A stretch of 64,000 nucleotides of DNA from Rebecca billardiae RCC1528 (taxonomy: Eukaryota > Protista > Haptophyta): assembly GCA_965240325.2 (NCBI GenBank), contig OZ251222.1, forward strand, positions 4,712,001 to 4,776,000. The letters are read 5' to 3'. Positions 1-11,237 of this stretch are shown one piece after another. The position numbers and the translations under genes were made by a program. The stretch's first letter is position 1; each line of letters opens with the position of its first letter. A model generated the notes under the pieces. The model saw only the letters and a program-made list of their open reading frames with translations, did no database searches and was not told the origin of the DNA.

Positions 1-87
1 GAGGCCTACCAGCTCCTCAGCCAGCTCCACTTCATACTGCTCGTCGAGCAGGCCGAGGGCTTCTGCACGCGCGCGGGTGACGCCGAG

Positions 88-1134
88 GTGCTGCGCGAGT
101 ACAGGGGCTTCGTGATGCAGCTCGCTGAGGCGCGCGACTGGCGGGCGGCGGCACAGTTCCACTCTGAATTCTCGGAGAGCCTCGGGCGGGTGCTCGACGC
201 GCGCTCGGGCGTGGCGGCGCTGGTGGCGAGCATCGGTGGCGGGCGGGAGCCGTTCTTCGACTGCTACAAGAACGACAACCCCTTCCATGACAAGTTTGCC
301 ATGCGCCCGCTGATGCGCGTCTACGGTGGGAGCATGCCGATTCCGCCGCCGCCGCCGTCGCTGATGGTGCAGGACCTGTCGCCCGGCTTTGGCGGGGCGG
401 CGCCCGGCGCAGCGGAGTGGGGCTGCTGGTCGTGGTCGGCGCCGATGCAGGTGGCGCCGCACGGGCCCGTGCCGCTCTCGTTCACGTGCGCACCCTCGGC
501 AGGATCGTCCTGGGCGCCCCGCCCGGCGCTGTGCCCGCCGGCGCCGTACCCGCAGGGGCTGCAGGCGGCAGCGCCGGCCCCGCCGGCGCCGCCGGTACAG
601 GGGGCGCAGCCCGGGCCCGCGCCGCTCGCGCTCACGTACGTGCCGCCGGCGGGTTCGGCCTGGGCGCCCGGGCCGGCGCCGTACACACCGGCGCCGTACC
701 CGCCGGGGCCGCAGGCGCCGCCTCCCGGCCCGCCGCCCCCGCCGCCAGGCGGGCCGCCGCGGACGCTGCCGCAACCGTTCCCGGGCGCCGCCTCTGCGGG
801 GGGCGTGCCGCCGCTGACGCTGGCGCGCGAGCTGGCGCGGTACGGGGGTGTGTGCGACGCGAGCGGGCGGCCCCTGCTCTCGGAGGCCAACCACCGCGTC
901 TTCCGCGCGCACGGCTGCCTACGGCACCAGCTATTCGGCGACTGCTCCGCGGCGGCGTGCCCGCTGTTCGCCGCGTACCGGTCGGCCGGCGGCCAACCGT
1001 CTGCGCAGATGCAGCACAACTTCACGCTCGCGCACGCCACCAAGTGCGCTCTGTGCGGGAGCCTTGGCCACTTGGCCGGCGCGCACGCTGAGACAGCGCA
1101 CGTGCAGCAGCACACGGGCGTGGGCCGCGTCTAG
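88..1134 (+). CDS. Gag-like protein of the YR retrotransposon (probably 5'-partial); Pro-rich, C-terminal zinc knuckles
   Basis: CLRHQLFGDCSAAAC and HATKCALCGSLGHLAGAH; lies directly upstream of an RT-like start. Confidence 0.65.
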   Translation: MLREYRGFVMQLAEARDWRAAAQFHSEFSESLGRVLDARSGVAALVASIGGGREPFFDCYKNDNPFHDKFAMRPLMRVYGGSMPIPPPPPSLMVQDLSPGFGGAAPGAAEWGCWSWSAPMQVAPHGPVPLSFTCAPSAGSSWAPRPALCPPAPYPQGLQAAAPAPPAPPVQGAQPGPAPLALTYVPPAGSAWAPGPAPYTPAPYPPGPQAPPPGPPPPPPGGPPRTLPQPFPGAASAGGVPPLTLARELARYGGVCDASGRPLLSEANHRVFRAHGCLRHQLFGDCSAAACPLFAAYRSAGGQPSAQMQHNFTLAHATKCALCGSLGHLAGAHAETAHVQQHTGVGRV

Positions 1135-1140
1135 GAGGCG

Positions 1141-1513
1141 GTGGGCGCACGACGAGATCCCCTGTCGGTGCCCGCCGCGTTCCGCGGCGCGCCGCTCGCT
1201 ATGACTCGCCCGCCCATCACCTCCGCCGAGATGGTCGCGCGCACCGGCCTGCGCGCTGACCTCGCACACAGTCTCGTGCCCAACGCCATGCAGCGCAACT
1301 ACGTGGCGCTGGCGTCCTTCATCCATGCCTTCACCGGCGTTGACCTGTCCGTGGAGCTGCGTGACGGCGTCGATCTGCTCTACCGCGGCGCGCGCGTGTC
1401 GCGGTTCCGTCCCAACCACCGTTCCTCGCTGGCGCAGCCCGAGTTTGTGCGCGCGCGGCTCGCCGAGTATGTGTCATCGGGCGTGCTGGCGGGGCCGGCG
1501 CGCGGCGGCCGGC
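1141..1513 (+). pseudogene. N-terminal fragment of a DIRS/Ngaro reverse transcriptase, interrupted by the minisatellite
   Basis: LRDGVDLLYRG...FRPNHRSSLAQPEFVRARLAEYVSSGVLAGP resembles the pre-RT segment of YR elements; no YxDD motif seen. Confidence 0.6.
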
Positions 1514-2184
1514 GCGCGCCGGTCATCTTGCGCCGATCATGCGCGCGCGCCGATCGTCATGCGCCGATCATCATGCGCGCGCGCCGATCATCATGCGCCG
1601 ATCATGCGCGCGCGCCGATCATCATGCGCCGATCATGCGCCGATCATGCGCCGATCATGCGCCGATCATGCGCCGATCATGCGCCCGCGCCGATCATCAT
1701 GCGCCGATCATGCGCGCGCGCCGATCATCATGCGCCGATCATGCGCCGATCATGCGCCGATCATGCGCCCGCGCCGATCATCATGCGCCGATCATGCGCG
1801 CGCGCCGATCATCATGCGCCGATCATGCGCCGATCATGCGCCGATCATGCGCCGATCATGCGCCGATCATGCGCCCGCGCCGATCATCATGCGCCGATCA
1901 TGCGCCGATCATGCGCGCGCGCCGATCATCACGCGCCGATCATGCGCCGATCATGCGCCCGCGCCGATCATCATGCGCCGATCACGCGCGCGCGCCGATC
2001 ATCATGCGCCGATCATGCGCCGATCATGCGCCCGCGCCGATCATCATGCGCCGATCATCATGCGCGCGCGCCGATCATCATGCGCGCGCGCCGATCATCA
2101 TGCGCGCGCGCCGATCATCATGCGCCGATCATGCGCGCGCGCCGATCATCATGCGCCGATCGTCATGCGTGCGCGCCGATCATC
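1514..2184. repeat. Compound minisatellite with core GCGCCGATCAT and variable (GC)n and (CAT)n modules
   Basis: Directly visible tandem array of ~670 bp. Confidence 0.95.
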
Positions 2185-2700
2185 CGCGGCGCGTCCGCCG
2201 TCGCTCGCGTGCCGCGCGACCGTCCTCGTTCGCGCGGCGTGCGTCGCCTACTCCCCGCCGCTTCCACCGGCCGCCATCGCTCCCACAGCGCAGGCGGCCC
2301 GGCGGTTTGCCACAGCCGGACAGCGGGCTTCGGCGCTTCGCCCTTCGCGTCCAAGGTCCAAGGGGCGCATGGCGATTCAGGGCTACGCACGCTGGCTGGA
2401 CGTCGCTTCGCGGAGCTCGGGGTGCTGCCCGCCGTCGACGGCCGACACCGGGCGGGTTGGCGCGCGTGCGAGGCTTTCGCGCGGCGTATCTGGCGTGGCT
2501 GCACGATGAGTGTCGGGCGCTGGGGCTCCCACAACGTGTGTTGGCGCCAACTCGGTTCGACGCTCGGCCGTGGCGACGCTGGCCGTTCCTGGGGCTTCCC
2601 GCGGCCGAGATCACCGCTGCGGGGCGGTGGGCGGGGCCTGCGCCCCGCACGTACTTCCCGGGAGCTGCCCCGCCCGACGGCACGCGCTTGGCGCTGACGG
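2185..2700 (+). pseudogene. Frameshifted tyrosine recombinase, C-terminal half
   Basis: RSKG...QG...CP (~2350-2430), NSVRRSAVATL (~2549-2581) and LPAAEITAAGRWAGPAPRTY (Tyr at 2652-2654) fall in shifting frames. Confidence 0.65.
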
Positions 2701-2815
2701 CGTGCGTCGGGGCGTGGCCGGGCGCAGCGTCTCTGGGGGTCGGGGCCGGGCCTGGCCTCGACCGCGCCGGCCGACGCCGCCCATGCCGGCGTGGCGCCTG
2801 GCGCTGCGCCCCTGT

Positions 2816-2931
2816 GGGCGGGCGCTGTCTCGCCGCCCGGCCCCCCGTGACGTCTGGCGGCCCCAGGCAAGCTAGGCAGCCGCCCAACGTAAACACCGGA
2901 CCGCCATAAGGCGGAGCGCGACGCGCGCGGT
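2816..2931 (+). repeat. Split direct repeat, copy B1 (116 bp)
   Basis: Identical by eye to 3437-3552. Confidence 0.95.
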
Positions 2932-3436
2932 TATGGGGCGATGGCCGACGCGACGGGAGTGGCGGGTTTGGCAGTCTGCGGCGGTTATCGCGTTATGACT
3001 GCCGGCGCCGCTTCGCCGCCGCCCGATACCCTCCTCCAGCGCCCCTCCGACCGCACCCCCGCCCGGACGGGCTCGGAGCTCGGAGCTCGCAGCGCGCCCC
3101 CGGACAGCGTTCCGAGCGTGTGGCAGCTCGCTTTTGGCGCGGACCGCAGAAAAGTGAGCGCGCGCCGGGAGTTGACGGGCAGTGACCGGCTTTGGCGAAC
3201 AGGAGCGAGTTTCGCCCAGCAGCCGTCCGCTTTCCCGCCCGACCGCACGGCGCACCTCGCCCTGCCCGACCGCCGACCGGACCGCCGCCCGACTACCAAA
3301 CCCAGCCGACGGGCCACGCTTGGCGCCGAGCAGCCGCACGGACAACCAGCTGCGCTCCTCCGCCTCCCGCCCGCCCTCCCTCGGCGTTGGATCGCCGCGC
3401 CGGGGCAGGGTGCGGCTTGAGTCAGCGTCCGCGTGG

Positions 3437-3552
3437 GGGCGGGCGCTGTCTCGCCGCCCGGCCCCCCGTGACGTCTGGCGGCCCCAGGCAAGCTAGGCAG
3501 CCGCCCAACGTAAACACCGGACCGCCATAAGGCGGAGCGCGACGCGCGCGGT
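3437..3552 (+). repeat. Split direct repeat, copy B2 (116 bp); probable 3' terminus of the element
   Basis: Identical by eye to 2816-2931. Confidence 0.95.
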
Positions 3553-3613
3553 ATAGACTCGTGATGGATTCGGCGGAGATGAGATCTCGCTCTTCCGGCC
3601 TCAGTCGCCCGCC

Positions 3614-4621
3614 ATGGATTTCGACGCGTCCGTCGGCGTCGGCATTACGCTGCGCAGGCGGGACTACCAGCACGAGCTCGAGAGCCGGGCGTGCGCGGCG
3701 GTGCCGACGGAGAGCCACCCGCTCCAGCCGCTGCTGCTCCCGGGCCCGCCCGAACGCCGCGCCACGGCGACGCCGCCGGCCGCGCCCGCCGCCGTCGGCG
3801 CGGAGCGCGCGCCGATACCGCAGCCGGGCCGTCGGCAGAGCTCCAGCACGGCGCGGGAGCTCGAGAGCGTCGAGCTTGGGCCGCTGGGCGCAGACCCGCT
3901 CTCGGCGCTCGCCGCCGAGGCGCAGCTCGAGGACGAGCCGCTCGGCGCCGCGGGCAGCGCGAGCGGCCACGGCTCGGCGGCGGATGTGTCGCTCGCCGCG
4001 CCGCCGGACGCCGGCCTCGCCGAGCTGGCCGAGTCGAGCGGCGGCGAGGAGGAGGGCGACGGGAGCGACGTGCTGCGCGCGTGGGCGCGTAGGCGCGCGG
4101 CCATCATGCGGCAGCACGTCGCCGTCGGCCAGATCGCCATGAGCCGCGCGCCGCTCTCAGCATCAGCGGGCGCGAGCGCGGGCGGCGGCGGCGGCGGCGG
4201 CGGCGCAAGCCTTGGGCTTATCCCTCCGAGCATGAGCGGCGGCGGCGACGAGGAGCTGGGCCGCCGGCCGTACGCGCGGCCGGTGTCGATCGTGTTCGAC
4301 TCGCGCGTGCGCCGCCGCCTCGACCAGCTCGACGTGCCCGCCAGCGCCACCGCCGACGAGGGCGTGACTGTGCAGCTGACGCAGGCCGAGCTAGCGGACA
4401 GCATCGGCCGGCTGCGCGCCGAGCTGCGCGCCGCGTGGGCGCGCGAGGAGCGCGTGCGCGCGCTGCGCATCGCGATCCAGGCGGCGACGGCGCTGAACGA
4501 CGGCGTGCGCCTGCCGCACTTCTTCCCGCACGTCTGGGTGCTCGTCACCGAGCTGCTCGACGAGCTGGGCGAGCTGGTGCACGCGCGCATCGCCGCGAGG
4601 GTGCGCGCGGCGCGCGTGCCC

Positions 4622-4654
<33 letters not shown>

Positions 4655-6845
4655 GGCAGCCGGCGGGCGTCGCGCGCGTCCGCGTCGTCCGAGGGCGCGG
4701 ACATGGTGGAGAACTGGCTGCACAAGGTCTCCTCCATCCGCGAGCTCGTGCCCCGGCTGTACGTCGAGATGGCGCTGCTGCGCTGCCACTCGGACGCCAG
4801 GGCGGCCAGGGGCGGCGGCGGGCGCGCGCGCGGCGGCGCGGAGGGCGGCGCCTGCTCGGAGCCGCAGGGCGCGGGCGCGCCGGCGGCGAGCGCGGTGCCG
4901 CTGCGCCTCGCGCGCGCGATCCGCGGCATCTCCAACCCGCTCTCCGCCGCGTACGCGCGCTGCTACCTCATGCGCCGCGTGCTCCTCCTCGCGCTGCCGC
5001 CGGCTCTCACGCAGCTGCCGGGCGCGCGCGCGGCGCCGGGCGCGCGCGCGGCGCCGGGCGCGCGCGCGGCGCCGGGCGCGCGCGCGGCGCCGGGCGCTTG
5101 CGACGCGCTGCCGCCGGCCGTCGCGGCGCTCGAGCTGGGCGCGCGCGCCGACGGAGGCGGCGCGCCGAGCGCGACGCCGCCGTTCGTCGAGCCGTGGCCG
5201 CTCGCCGAGTGCGCGGCCGCCGCGCGGTGCGCGCTGTGCGACAGCCTCGACTCGATCGGCGCGCACCTCGAGCGCGCGGGCGCGGAGCCGGGCGCGGGGC
5301 CGGGCGCGGGGCCGGGCGCAGGGCCGCGCGGCGCGGCGGCGGCGGCGGGCGGCGGCGCGCCCGGTGGCGGCAGCGGCGGGCGGGCGGGCGCGCGCGGCGG
5401 CGGCGGCGGCGCGGCGCCCTCGGCGCCGCTCGGCGCGCCCGAGCTGTGCGCGCTGTACTGCACGGCCCTCGAGTGGCTGCTCTGGTGCGACGCGGCCGCG
5501 CACCGCCACTCCGCACACGCGTTCGCGGCCGCGCTGCGCGAGGTCGAGGCGCGGTGCGCGCGCACGCTGGCGCTCGACTGCGCCCTGCGCGCGCTGCGGC
5601 CCGAGCACGTGAGCGCGCACGCGCTCGAGCTGCTCGGCGCGATCGCGCGCGCGCACCCGCTCGGCTGCGCGCGGCACGTCTGCCTCGAGTCGCTCCTCCG
5701 CGCGCTGCGCGCCCGCCCGCCCGCGCCGCGCGCGATGCGCGACGCGCTCGCCGCCGTGCTGCGCGCCGCGGCTGAGCAGGGCGACGACGGCGCGTGCGCG
5801 CGCGTGGGCGTGGCCGCGTTGCAGCTGACGCTGGACGCGGAGGGGCGCACGGCCGAGGGGGCGGAGGGCGGGGCGGGGGCGCGCCCGCCGCCGCCGGGGA
5901 GCGCCGTGCTCTCCGCGCAGGCGAGCGCGCTGCTGAGCGACGTGCTCAGCCGGTGCAGCGGCGCGGCGGCGCGCGCCGACGGTTCGGGCGGCGCGCCGGG
6001 CGCGGCCGGCGGCGGCGGCGGCGCGGGCGAGGCCGAGCGCGGCGGCTGGGCGAGCGCGCTGCCCGCCCTCGCCGCCTCGCTCGTGCACACGCACGCGCGC
6101 GCACACGCCATCGGGGCGCTGCTCTCCGACGCGCGCTTCGGGCTGCTCGTCGGCATGCTTCCCGCGGGGCCGGCGCGCGCGCACGCGGCGCGCGCGACGC
6201 TGCGCGCGTGCGCCGCGCAGCGGCCCGCGCCCGCGCTCGCGCCCGCCACGGACGGCGCGGGCGACCCGAGCGCGCCGCCGGACGCGCGCGCCCTCGCGCT
6301 GCTCCTCCAGCTCAGCCGCACGCTGCACGACGCCCTCGACTCCGCCACGCCCGCCGCCGAGCTCGCCGCCCTCGACGAGTTGCTCTGCGCCGTGTGCGCG
6401 CGCGTGCACTTCGTGAGCGGCGGCGGCGCGGCGTGCGCGGCCGCGGCCGCGGCGGGCGGCTCGCGCGCCGGCCGCGCCGCCGCGTGGCTGGGCGCGACGG
6501 AGGGCGAGCTGGGCTTCCTGTGCGAGTGGCGCGCCGCGTTCCCGCGGCTCGACCGCACCAAGGCGGCGCTCGTGCGCCGCGCGCTCGCGCTGTGCGCGCG
6601 GCTGCACGCGCTCGGCAGCGCGGCGGGCGGCGCGTCCAAGCGCGCGGCGCGCGCGCGCGCGCTCGCGCACGCGTGCGCGGCGTTTGCGCACGTGAGCGCG
6701 CCCGCGGTGCGGTGCGCGCGCGCGCGGTGCGAGCTGCTGCTGGGCGGCGCCGCCGTCGCCCTCTCCTGCGCGCTCGTCGGCCAGGCGGACGAGATGGCGC
6801 GGCTGGCGCTGCGCTCGCTGCCAGAGGCGGTGGCGGCCGCCTCGC

Positions 6846-6903
<58 letters not shown>

Positions 6904-7775
6904 GTGCGGCGGGAGTGCGGAGGCCGAGGCCGCGCTGTGCGGATGGGTGGTGCGCGCGCGCGAGCGTGCGCCCGCCCCTCGAGCGCCGCGCCGCCGCGCC
7001 GCGCCGCTCAGCTCGCGCCGCGCCGCCGCCGGCCCGCGCGCCGCGCGCAGGGTGGCTGCTGCGCGCTGCTGCCGCTGCTGCCGCCGCACCCGCAGCAGGG
7101 CACGCTCGGCTGCGTGCGCGCGCTGCTCGGCGCGCTCAAGCGCTGCGAGTGGCGCACGCCCGCGTGCGCGGCGCGCGCGCACCTGAGCGTGCTGCACGCT
7201 CTCGCGGCGCTCTCGCAGCCGCGGCTGCCCTGCTCCGTGCGCGCCGTGCCGGCCGCTGGCGCGCTGCACCTCGGGGACGGCGCGCACGCGCAGGAGCTGC
7301 AGGTGCGCACACCCGCCGCCGGCTGGCGCGCGCGCGATGAGGCGGGGGGAGGGCGCGGCCGGCGTGGGCACGCCCCGCTCACTCGCGCGCGCGCTTCCCG
7401 CCCGCGCGCGCGCGCGCGCAGGCGTTGACGGACGTGTGCGTGCAGGAGGTGCTCGCCCTCATCGCCACGAGCGCGGCCGCGCCCCTGAGCGCACAGCTCG
7501 CGCTCGGCCTGCTCGACTCGCTGTGCGCGCACGCGCGGCCGGACGGCGCCGGCCTCGCGCTGGCGCGCAGGCTGCTGCCGATCGCGCGCGCACACGCCGG
7601 CCGCGCGCACGCGGAGCACCTGCGGCGCACGCTGCTGGCGCACGCCGCACGCGCGGGGGGCGACGAGGACGCCGAGGGCGGGTCCGATGCTGCCGACGGG
7701 GCTGGCCTGGCAGCCGATGGGGCCCCAGCATCGTCCTCGTGGCGGCTGGCATTGACTACATCAGCAGGAGCGTGA
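3614..7775 (+). CDS. VPS35L: VPS35-like endosomal sorting factor (Retriever subunit VPS35L/C16orf62); introns 6950-7050 and 7303-7421
   Basis: W-x4-RVRALRIAIQ, FFPHVWVLVTELLDELGELVHARI, NWLHKVSSIRELVPRLYVEM, IRGISNPL; after splicing LPPHPQQGTL; GT..AG introns restore the frame. Confidence 0.85.
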
Positions 7776-8532
7776 ATGATGACTGCTACCAGTACTCGAC
7801 GATACTGATGTGCTGACGATGTGAGTCTTCATCAGCAGTGAGTCTGCGAAGAGGATGATCACGCCTGCCGATGCCGGCTGGCGCAGCCCAGTGAATCGAT
7901 AGCTAAGCCGCGGTGACTTCGCTGACGGCTGAGTAGTCAAGACTTCGCTGACTACGTCACGACGTACGACTACGACTACGTATATCGTCACTACTAGCGC
8001 TATATATCAGCAGTCGTAGTCGTCTGCTGTACAGTATATCAGATCGTTCGGTCGCACTCTCCCGCCTGCTGCGCGGATGTCGTATCGGATATATGCGCGG
8101 ACGACGCCCGATGATCATGCGACGGTGACGATCGTCATCGTCAGCATATATATATATCGTCATCGACGCGATGAATTCGATGATGCTGAGCCATGCTCGG
8201 ATGCTGCATGATGGCTATGCGACTATCGCGCAGCATCCGCGCCGCGCCGCGATATGCGAGCACGGAGCAGTAGCTGAGCGCAGCCGTGACGGTCCGACGA
8301 TCAGTGATAGTCGTATATATCCTGCCCGTTGCATACCACGTCGTTAATATATCATATATATATAGTATATATATACTATATATAATAGTAGTATCAGATA
8401 TCAATATTATCATATCATGACTGATGCGCGCATCATCATGCGCTGCTCATCAGTCGTCGCCGCGATCATCAGCAACAGTATCGCGCACTAGCAGTACTAG
8501 TAGACGCCACTAGCTAATAGTAAGGCGCTGCA

Positions 8533-9684
8533 TCACTCATCAGCGGGCTGCTGCTCGGGCCGCTCAGCATCCGGCCACTCGATGGGCAGCGGGCCGAGCG
8601 CGTACGCGCCGCCCGCGTCGTCGAAGCCGACCTGCTGCGCGAGCACGGCCACGCCCGCGTCGTGCGCGGCGCGCAGGTGCCTCGCGAACGACGGGCACGC
8701 CTGGTGGTTGGGCCGGAAGAGCTGCGCGTCAGAGCGGACCACCACGAACAGCAGCGCCGCGCGCATGCGCTCGCCGCCCGCGCACACCACCTCGCCGCGC
8801 GCGATCGCGGCGAGCTCGTCGACGTGCTTGATCGCGCGCGCCGAGACGACCCGCTCGCCATCCGGCCCCTTCTGCCCGCCGCGCCCCCACGGGAAGATCG
8901 CCGCGCGGCGGTACGGCCGCAGCGCCGAGTGGTAGCGCGCGGGCGGCGCGTCCGAGCGCGCGCGCGGCGCGTCGAGGGCGGGGTCGTGGTCCGTGTCCAC
9001 GACCATCTTGACCTCGAGCACGGTGCTCGGCGCGCCCGGGCCGTGGTCGAGCACGTAGTCCGCGCGGCTGCCGGGCACCACGCCCACCTGCCTCCGCACG
9101 CTCGCCACGGGCCGCAGCTCGGGCACCAGCCCGAGCTCCAGCAGCGCGGCCGCCACCTGCTCGCCGATTGCCGGGTGCGCGCCCACCCAGCAGCCGCCGT
9201 GCGCGGCGTTCTCGGGCTCGGTGCAGCGCAGCAGCTGCGTGGTGAGCTCGCACTTGGGCGTGCCGAACTTGCCCGTCGCGTCGCGGGGCACGGGCCGCCC
9301 CTTCGCGTCCAGGATCGGCCGGACGAGCACCTCCGCGCCCGAGCGGCACTTGCCGCCCATGTCCATGCACGGCGCGTGCGCGATCGCGACGTCGCCGCCG
9401 GCGGCGAGGCGCACGTCCATCACGTACGGCGACTTGTTGCGCGCCGACGGGCGGCACACCACGGCCGCGCTCACGAGCGCGGCCTTGCCCAGCTTCGCCA
9501 GCTCGAGCAGGGGCGTGCGCTGCTTCTCGCCCACGGCGGCGGACGCTGTGGCCGCGGCCGGCTCGGGCGCGGCCGTGTCCGGCGAGGCGGGCTCGGCCGC
9601 GCGGCGGCGCTTGCTCGCGCCGAGCGCTTGGGTGGCGGCTGGGCGGGTGCGGGCGCCCGCCGCGCTGGCACGCGTGTTGCGCAT
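8533..9684 (-). CDS. sfsA: SfsA-like (sugar fermentation stimulation) OB-fold plus PD-(D/E)XK nuclease-family protein
   Basis: SRADYVL...VLEVK, SARAIKHVDEL, AALLFVVVRSDAQLFRPN...F...LRAAHDAGVAVLA; basic N-terminal extension. Confidence 0.8.
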   Translation of the reverse strand: MRNTRASAAGARTRPAATQALGASKRRRAAEPASPDTAAPEPAAATASAAVGEKQRTPLLELAKLGKAALVSAAVVCRPSARNKSPYVMDVRLAAGGDVAIAHAPCMDMGGKCRSGAEVLVRPILDAKGRPVPRDATGKFGTPKCELTTQLLRCTEPENAAHGGCWVGAHPAIGEQVAAALLELGLVPELRPVASVRRQVGVVPGSRADYVLDHGPGAPSTVLEVKMVVDTDHDPALDAPRARSDAPPARYHSALRPYRRAAIFPWGRGGQKGPDGERVVSARAIKHVDELAAIARGEVVCAGGERMRAALLFVVVRSDAQLFRPNHQACPSFARHLRAAHDAGVAVLAQQVGFDDAGGAYALGPLPIEWPDAERPEQQPADE

Positions 9685-10108
9685 GGCGGCCCTCGTTCCG
9701 CCGCGCGACGCCGAGCTTGCTGGTGCGGCTTACGCCCGCAGACGCGACAAGACGGTTTGGCCCGAAGCTTCGCTGCTGGCTTTATTGATGACGTTTTCAT
9801 GCGCGCCTGCCGACCGATGCACGATCCACGATGAAAATTGAAAAAACAAAAAACACGCCCGGCGTAGACGGTGCGCACGCTCGCCGCTCCGATCCATCAT
9901 CATCGTCATCAGTAGCTAGCATCCGATTCAGCAACACCGTCATCACAGTATTCATCGTCGTCATCATGCTGCCTGTGCTACCCGCTACGGCGGTGTCATC
10001 ACAATCTCCAGGCCAGCGCCACGGTGACCACGCGCGCAGGGGAAGCGCCGCTTGACCGTTTGAGTTTGAGCCACCGCGCAGGGACTGAGACTGACGTGTC
10101 GTGAAGCC

Positions 10109-11203
10109 TCAGCTGCCGCTGAAGCCGACTGCCGATGCGGCAGCTGCTCGCCCCCGGCGCGCCTCCCACTCGCCGACCAGCCACTCCTCCGCCCCGACCA
10201 CCTCCAGCAGATACTCCCTCTCCTCCGCCGCGTCGTCGATGGCGAGCAGGAAGTCGAGCAGCGCCTCGTTGGCCTCGTGGCCGGTGCACGCGCCCAGCAG
10301 CCGGTTACCCCACTCGGCAAACGGCACGGCCACGGGGCGCTCGGGCTGGGGCGCTGGCTCGGCGTCGGCGGGGCGGAGCTGGGGCTGCGCCAGCGCGCCG
10401 CCGAGGCGCTCGGCGTCTGCAGCCCAGCCGGCCCCCGCCGCCGCCTCCGCCTCCGCCGCCGCCCCCGCCCCCGCGCCCGCCCACGGCGCGCCCTCCGCCT
10501 CCTCCGCCTCCTCCGCCTCCTCCGCGGCCGACAGCGCGAGCGCGAGCTCGAGCGCCTCCGCCTCGCTCAGCTCACCGTACAGCTGTGCGCACGAGAGGTG
10601 CGGCACGCGCGCGGGCTCGGCCGTGCTCCGCGCCCGCTCGCCACGCCGCTCCCACGCGCGCTGCGCCTCGGCCGCGTCCGCGCCGGGGTGCGCGCCGCCT
10701 GCCGCGCCGAGCGAGAGCCTGAGCGCGTGCGCCAGCTGGTGGTCGCCCTCCGCCTCTGTGGCGTCCGCGTCCGGGCCGGGGTGCGCGCCGCCTGCCGCGC
10801 CGAGCGAGAGCCTGAGCGCGTGCGCCAGCTGGTGGTCGCCCTCCGCCTCTGCGGCGTCCGCGTCCGGGCAGCCGTGCTCGGACTGGGCGCTGAGGCTGAG
10901 CGCGTGCGCCAGCGCCGCCTCCTCGCTCAGCCCGCCCTGCAGCGCCGCGAGCAGCGGGTCTTCGGCCGCGGCCGCCGTCGGCGCGCCGCGAGCCCCGCCG
11001 CCGCCGCCGGCCCCTCCCGCCGTCGGCCGGCGCGCGCGCGCGGGCCGCAGCGCTCTCGGCTCGAGAAAGTCCGACAGCAGCGCGTGCGGCTCGAGCGCAG
11101 CGGCGCACTCCTCGCTGCCGGAGCTCCACGCCTCGTCCGAGCAGCCCTCGGGTGGCGAGTCCAGCGCGCGGCGCGGACGCGGCGCGCGCTTGGCGCGACC
11201 CCG

Positions 11204-11237
<34 letters not shown>

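Larger units (their letters stand above)
1..3552 (+). mobile_element. Decayed tyrosine-recombinase retrotransposon (Ngaro/DIRS-like), 3' portion; 5' end lies upstream of the window
   Basis: Gag-like ORF with Cys/His knuckles; RT N-terminal motif (PNHRSS...VRARLAEYVSSGVLAGP); frameshifted YR motifs (RSKG; NSVRR-x-AVATL; EITAAGRW-x6-Y); 116-bp direct repeats 2816-2931 and 3437-3552 in a B1-A2-B2 arrangement. Confidence 0.75.

Noticed and set aside
1514-2184. Possible CRISPR array or repeat protein (ADHHAPIMRRSC)n
   Set aside because: No unique spacers and no cas genes; the long ORFs result from a stop-free minisatellite
5017-6903. (PGARAA)n and poly-Gly tracts in VPS35L; poly-Gly at ~59723-59782
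   Set aside because: Ordinary slippage-derived low-complexity coding repeats in a GC-rich genome
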